Below are positions 60,277 to 64,000 of a stretch of DNA of 64,000 bases, piece after piece. The position numbers and the translations under genes are program-made. The stretch covers positions 288,001 through 352,000 of the forward strand of contig CAWKMU010000004.1 in the NCBI GenBank assembly GCA_963850905.1, in the 5' to 3' direction. The first letter of the stretch is position 1, and each line of letters begins with the position of its first letter. Source of the stretch: an uncultured Gemmatimonadales bacterium. GTDB lineage: Bacteria > Gemmatimonadota > Gemmatimonadetes > Gemmatimonadales > Gemmatimonadaceae. Below the pieces are notes generated by a model that searched no databases, was not told where the DNA came from, and worked only from the letters and a program-made list of their open reading frames with translations.

Positions 60277-61821
60277 CTACTGGCAACTCGTGACGAATGT
60301 TCCCCCGCGCCCGTTCAACTCGGATGAGGGAATCGGCATAACCGTTGTGTGCGGATCTCCACTGGTGACCGAAGGGTCCTCGTGGAGCCAGGTTGTATCA
60401 GAGAGGGCTGCCATCCCGTACATCCGGATGGCAATCGTCCTGTCCGCGCTCGCCTCCCACGTCGTCGAGATCCGTTGCTCTTTCATCAAGAAATCTCGGG
60501 CCGGGGCGTACACGGCCGATACGACGGCCGGGGGGAGTCCGCCAACTCGAGTGCGGACAATGTTAGCGAGAGCGACCGCCTGTCCGTAGTTGCCCATCCC
60601 CAGCTCGATCTGCGCCGCGATCAGCGTGAGTTCCTCGTTCCGGGTGATCGGAATCGGCGCTGCTGGCAATGACGCCATGTAGTAGAGGTATTTCGACGCC
60701 ACAATGTTGTACAACGGCAGCTGTACCGGGTTGGGATTGACGATGAATTTTGCCTTGAAGCGCAGGTCATTTGCAGTATCGACGTCCGCGACGAAGTCGT
60801 TGAGCTGTGCCTCGGTGCCGATCGAACCCTGAATGGGATTGACGATATCGCCCGAGCCCGCGCTGAAATCGAAGACCACCGTATGCGCATCGGGCGCAAA
60901 CGCACCCGGCGCCGTCGGCGCGAGCGCCGTCGTGTCCCACATCGCCGATCCTTCGAGGTCGGTCAGGGCTGTGGTCAGCGCACCGCTATTCGGCGTGCCG
61001 GCCGACGAGGGTGTGGGTGCGGCGGACCCGTTTGTCGGAGTTCGGGCGTAGGCGTACGCGAGCTCGAGATTGGCCTTGGCCGCCAACGCCCGGTTGAAGG
61101 ACGCGAACGAACCGCCCGTCGATCCCGGCCCAGACGAGGCGCTCACACCGCCAAATCCCGGTGGCAGCTTGACGGGAGGAGCGACCGCACCCGCGGTGTT
61201 CAGTTGGGTATTGGCGGAATCGAGCAACGCGACGATATAGAGCCAGGCGTCTTTGAGACACACCGCTGGCGCCACCTGGGACTCTGTGAGGTTGGTCGAC
61301 AATATTGCCAGGCCAAGTGTATCGTGCGCTTCGGCGACGAGCATGTAATTGTAGGCCTGCATCGTCTGGGTCACGCCTATGATTGAGGCACTTTGCGCGG
61401 CTGAATAGGCCGGCGTGACATTTGGAAGCACCGTGAGGATCTGCTGCGCCTCGCGGATATTCGTGTATTCCTGAGCCCAAATGCCGCTCTCGAAAGCTGG
61501 TGGCGGGAAAACACCCAACGAAAACTGCAGCAGCGTTGCGTCCGCATTGTTGAAGATCCCACCGTCACGGGCGAACCCTGCTGCAATCGTCTGAACGGTG
61601 CCCGCGAAGTTAGCGATGTCGATACGCGAAGCGGCGAAGAGGCCCGTGATTGCATTCCCGATACCCGTTGGGGTCGCATCCACGGTGGTCGGTGCCGTGA
61701 GAAACGGGACATCGCTGTCCTTGCAGGCAAGCCCTATGGTCGCGGCGACCGTCAGCAGTCCCACGTGGCGGGCACGCGCAACGATTCCAGCGGTCCGGCG
61801 TGTCGCGAATGAGGATGTCAT
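60277..61821 (-). CDS. RagB/SusD family outer-membrane lipoprotein
   Basis: LAC lipobox; RNEELTLIAAQ, NIVRTRVGGL, MPIPSSE; directly after a SusC-like gene. Confidence 0.85.
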   Translation of the reverse strand: MTSSFATRRTAGIVARARHVGLLTVAATIGLACKDSDVPFLTAPTTVDATPTGIGNAITGLFAASRIDIANFAGTVQTIAAGFARDGGIFNNADATLLQFSLGVFPPPAFESGIWAQEYTNIREAQQILTVLPNVTPAYSAAQSASIIGVTQTMQAYNYMLVAEAHDTLGLAILSTNLTESQVAPAVCLKDAWLYIVALLDSANTQLNTAGAVAPPVKLPPGFGGVSASSGPGSTGGSFASFNRALAAKANLELAYAYARTPTNGSAAPTPSSAGTPNSGALTTALTDLEGSAMWDTTALAPTAPGAFAPDAHTVVFDFSAGSGDIVNPIQGSIGTEAQLNDFVADVDTANDLRFKAKFIVNPNPVQLPLYNIVASKYLYYMASLPAAPIPITRNEELTLIAAQIELGMGNYGQAVALANIVRTRVGGLPPAVVSAVYAPARDFLMKEQRISTTWEASADRTIAIRMYGMAALSDTTWLHEDPSVTSGDPHTTVMPIPSSELNGRGGTFVTSCQ

Positions 61822-61822
61822 A

Positions 61823-64000
61823 TCAGAGCCCCAGGTCGAGACTGAGGAAATAGCTGCGCGCTGGCGGATACGGTGTGATGTCCGTGCCACGCCCGACGGC
61901 CAGGTTCCCATTCGACGCCACCTGGGGATCGAGACCATGGTAGTTGAAGATCCCCCACAGGTTGTAGCCGTTGAGCGAGATGCGCGCGCTTGACACGTGA
62001 CCAAAGCCCATATGGTCCACGAAGCGCGGAGGCAGGTTGTAGCTGACGACGAGCTCGCGGACCTTGAGGAAGCTTGCGGTTTCCACATACGGTTGCTGAC
62101 CCGCACCGAACAGAGCGACCCGGCGTGCCGCGGCCGCCGAGTCGGCACCGAGCTGCGGGCCGAAATCGAAGTACTGGTCGGTCAGGTTGATCTCCTGGCC
62201 GCCCCGGCTCCAGTCCAACAATCCGTAAACTCGGAATCCCCGCCAATCGAACTCGTTACCCATGGTGATGACGTATCCTGGACTGAAATCACCAACTTCA
62301 ACGGGCAAGCCCGACGGGCCCGTGACGTTGCTGTTCACAATGTCTGTCAAGGACCGACCCGGCGCCAGGTAGTCGGAGCCAAAGCCACCGCCGGCAATGA
62401 AGTTCGGGACCGGCAGGGCGTTGACGACACTCGTATTGCGGAAGAATGTGATCTGATTCAACCACGAGAAGCCGTTGCGCAGTTGCACGGGCGTTGACTG
62501 GAGCGACAGCTCCAGCCCCTGATTCGTGAATTCTCCGCCGTTCAAAAACAGCTGGCTGTAGCCATGCGACGGTGCGACGCCTCCTTGAAGCAGCAGGTTC
62601 GTCAGCCGCTTCTGATAGACGGACGCGGAGAACTGCGCGCGTGATTTGAACATCGTCGCGTCGAACCCGAGCTCCAGCTCCTGCTCCGACTCAGGCTTGA
62701 GAACTGGATCGCCCAAGGTCGCTGGCAGGGTGACTCCGACGACGCCGCCGATGAGCAACGGGTTGTATGGGGTGAACTTCGAGCCGTAGGGACCAAGGTT
62801 GCCGGACTGGCCGTAAGCCGCTCGTAGCTTCAAGCCATCCAGAAAGTCCGTGAACTGCGGGATCCGATACGAGGCGGAGAAGCGCGGATACGCGTAGAAC
62901 TTGCCGATGTCGGCGTCGATCGTCGAGCGCTCGGCCGTCACGCCTGCCGTTGCCGTAAGCCGCTGATCGAGCGTGATGATCTGCTCTTGACCATAGAGCG
63001 ACTGATCCCGCTCCCCGGTTCGATAGAAGAAATTGTTCTGGACGGACCCGACAGTTGGTGAGTTGACGCCAGCGAGCAACCCGTACCCGATCGTCACGGG
63101 GTTGGCGTAGTCCCGGCGCTCCCGGACGAAGCCGACAAATGTCGTCGCGTCGAGCCAGGAGAGCCCCGTATAGTGATGCACGAGGTTGAGCGAGTAGTTG
63201 TAGTAGTTGATCGTTGCATCGTTGGAGACGGACACGCCTGGCAGGCCCGTGGAGATGAGCTGTTCGACTTGCAGGCTGGGTGGCGCGTAGAGGAGGTCGT
63301 GAATGCTCGCCAGGTCCGCCCCACCCACCGCATTGAACTGCAAACTCTGGTGTTCAGTTTTCCAGGGTGTCCAATTGATGCTGCCGTTGGCGATGAACCG
63401 ACTCACTTCCTCCGGCGTCGATATTTGTGTTGCGTCGGCAAATGGGTTGGCCGGCCCGAACGCGTTGGCGGGCCACTCGCCGCTCGCGGTGACGTGGTCA
63501 AGATTCTGGAACTCCGGACTGTACGAGAATACATCGTATGGACTGATGCCGTTGTTGTCGTTCCCGGTAATGCCTCGGCGCGTCACGTCGTGTATGTAGT
63601 TCCCGCCGGCGGTGACCGTGAGCGATGGCAGGAACTGCTCCGTGACGTTGGTTCGCAGGGACTGCTTGTTGTAGCCCGTGTTGAGCATCGTCCCGTTGTC
63701 GTACTTGGACAGCGCGGACACGAAGTACTGGGCGCCCCCCGTGGTGCCACTCACGCTAATGTTCGTCTGGTAGGACGCCTCGCCGTTCCCGAAGAGTTGA
63801 TCCTGATAGTCTTGCGGCCCTGCGTAGACGCTTTGGATAAAAGAATTGTCCGCGGCAATCGCAGCCGGAGTCGAGCTGTGCTTCAGATCGTTGACGTACC
63901 ACGCCTGAGCACTGGCGAGAGTCGGAAAGGCACGGACAGCCAACGTGTTCGAGATCGAATAGTGACCGACCTGCCCGTTGATATCCCACCGCGCTTTGCC
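61823..64000 (-). CDS. SusC/RagA family TonB-dependent receptor (C-terminal part, N-terminus outside window)
   Basis: LKLRAAYGQSGN, LKPE..ELELG, NGGEFTNQGLEL, YVETASFLKVRE, YPPARSYFLSLDLGL. Confidence 0.92.
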   Translation of the reverse strand, partial: GKARWDINGQVGHYSISNTLAVRAFPTLASAQAWYVNDLKHSSTPAAIAADNSFIQSVYAGPQDYQDQLFGNGEASYQTNISVSGTTGGAQYFVSALSKYDNGTMLNTGYNKQSLRTNVTEQFLPSLTVTAGGNYIHDVTRRGITGNDNNGISPYDVFSYSPEFQNLDHVTASGEWPANAFGPANPFADATQISTPEEVSRFIANGSINWTPWKTEHQSLQFNAVGGADLASIHDLLYAPPSLQVEQLISTGLPGVSVSNDATINYYNYSLNLVHHYTGLSWLDATTFVGFVRERRDYANPVTIGYGLLAGVNSPTVGSVQNNFFYRTGERDQSLYGQEQIITLDQRLTATAGVTAERSTIDADIGKFYAYPRFSASYRIPQFTDFLDGLKLRAAYGQSGNLGPYGSKFTPYNPLLIGGVVGVTLPATLGDPVLKPESEQELELGFDATMFKSRAQFSASVYQKRLTNLLLQGGVAPSHGYSQLFLNGGEFTNQGLELSLQSTPVQLRNGFSWLNQITFFRNTSVVNALPVPNFIAGGGFGSDYLAPGRSLTDIVNSNVTGPSGLPVEVGDFSPGYVITMGNEFDWRGFRVYGLLDWSRGGQEINLTDQYFDFGPQLGADSAAAARRVALFGAGQQPYVETASFLKVRELVVSYNLPPRFVDHMGFGHVSSARISLNGYNLWGIFNYHGLDPQVASNGNLAVGRGTDITPYPPARSYFLSLDLGL

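Overview
High-GC bacterial genomic window with about 50 genes and no rRNA, tRNA, CRISPR array or transposase that I can recognise. The gene mix suggests Gemmatimonadota (inference): Hanks-type Ser/Thr kinases with TPR tails, a BTAD/SARP activator, two BlaI-M56 pairs, an ADOP-type permease, a SusC/SusD pair and many secreted peptidases. Most notable observations: (1) two tandem S9-like hydrolases directly downstream of susCD have each lost both catalytic Ser and His, giving a candidate pseudo-enzyme peptide-binding system; (2) about nine gene lesions almost all fall at a restored GATG, pointing to a methylation-linked basecalling artefact rather than real pseudogenes; (3) both blaI genes have the same tandem TGCTA-N6-TAGCA operator; (4) a MocR regulator has Arg in place of the PLP lysine; (5) several families of intergenic 7-bp tandem repeats and REP composites show a strand polarity relative to start and stop codons. 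All product calls come from motif recognition by eye; no database searches were run.
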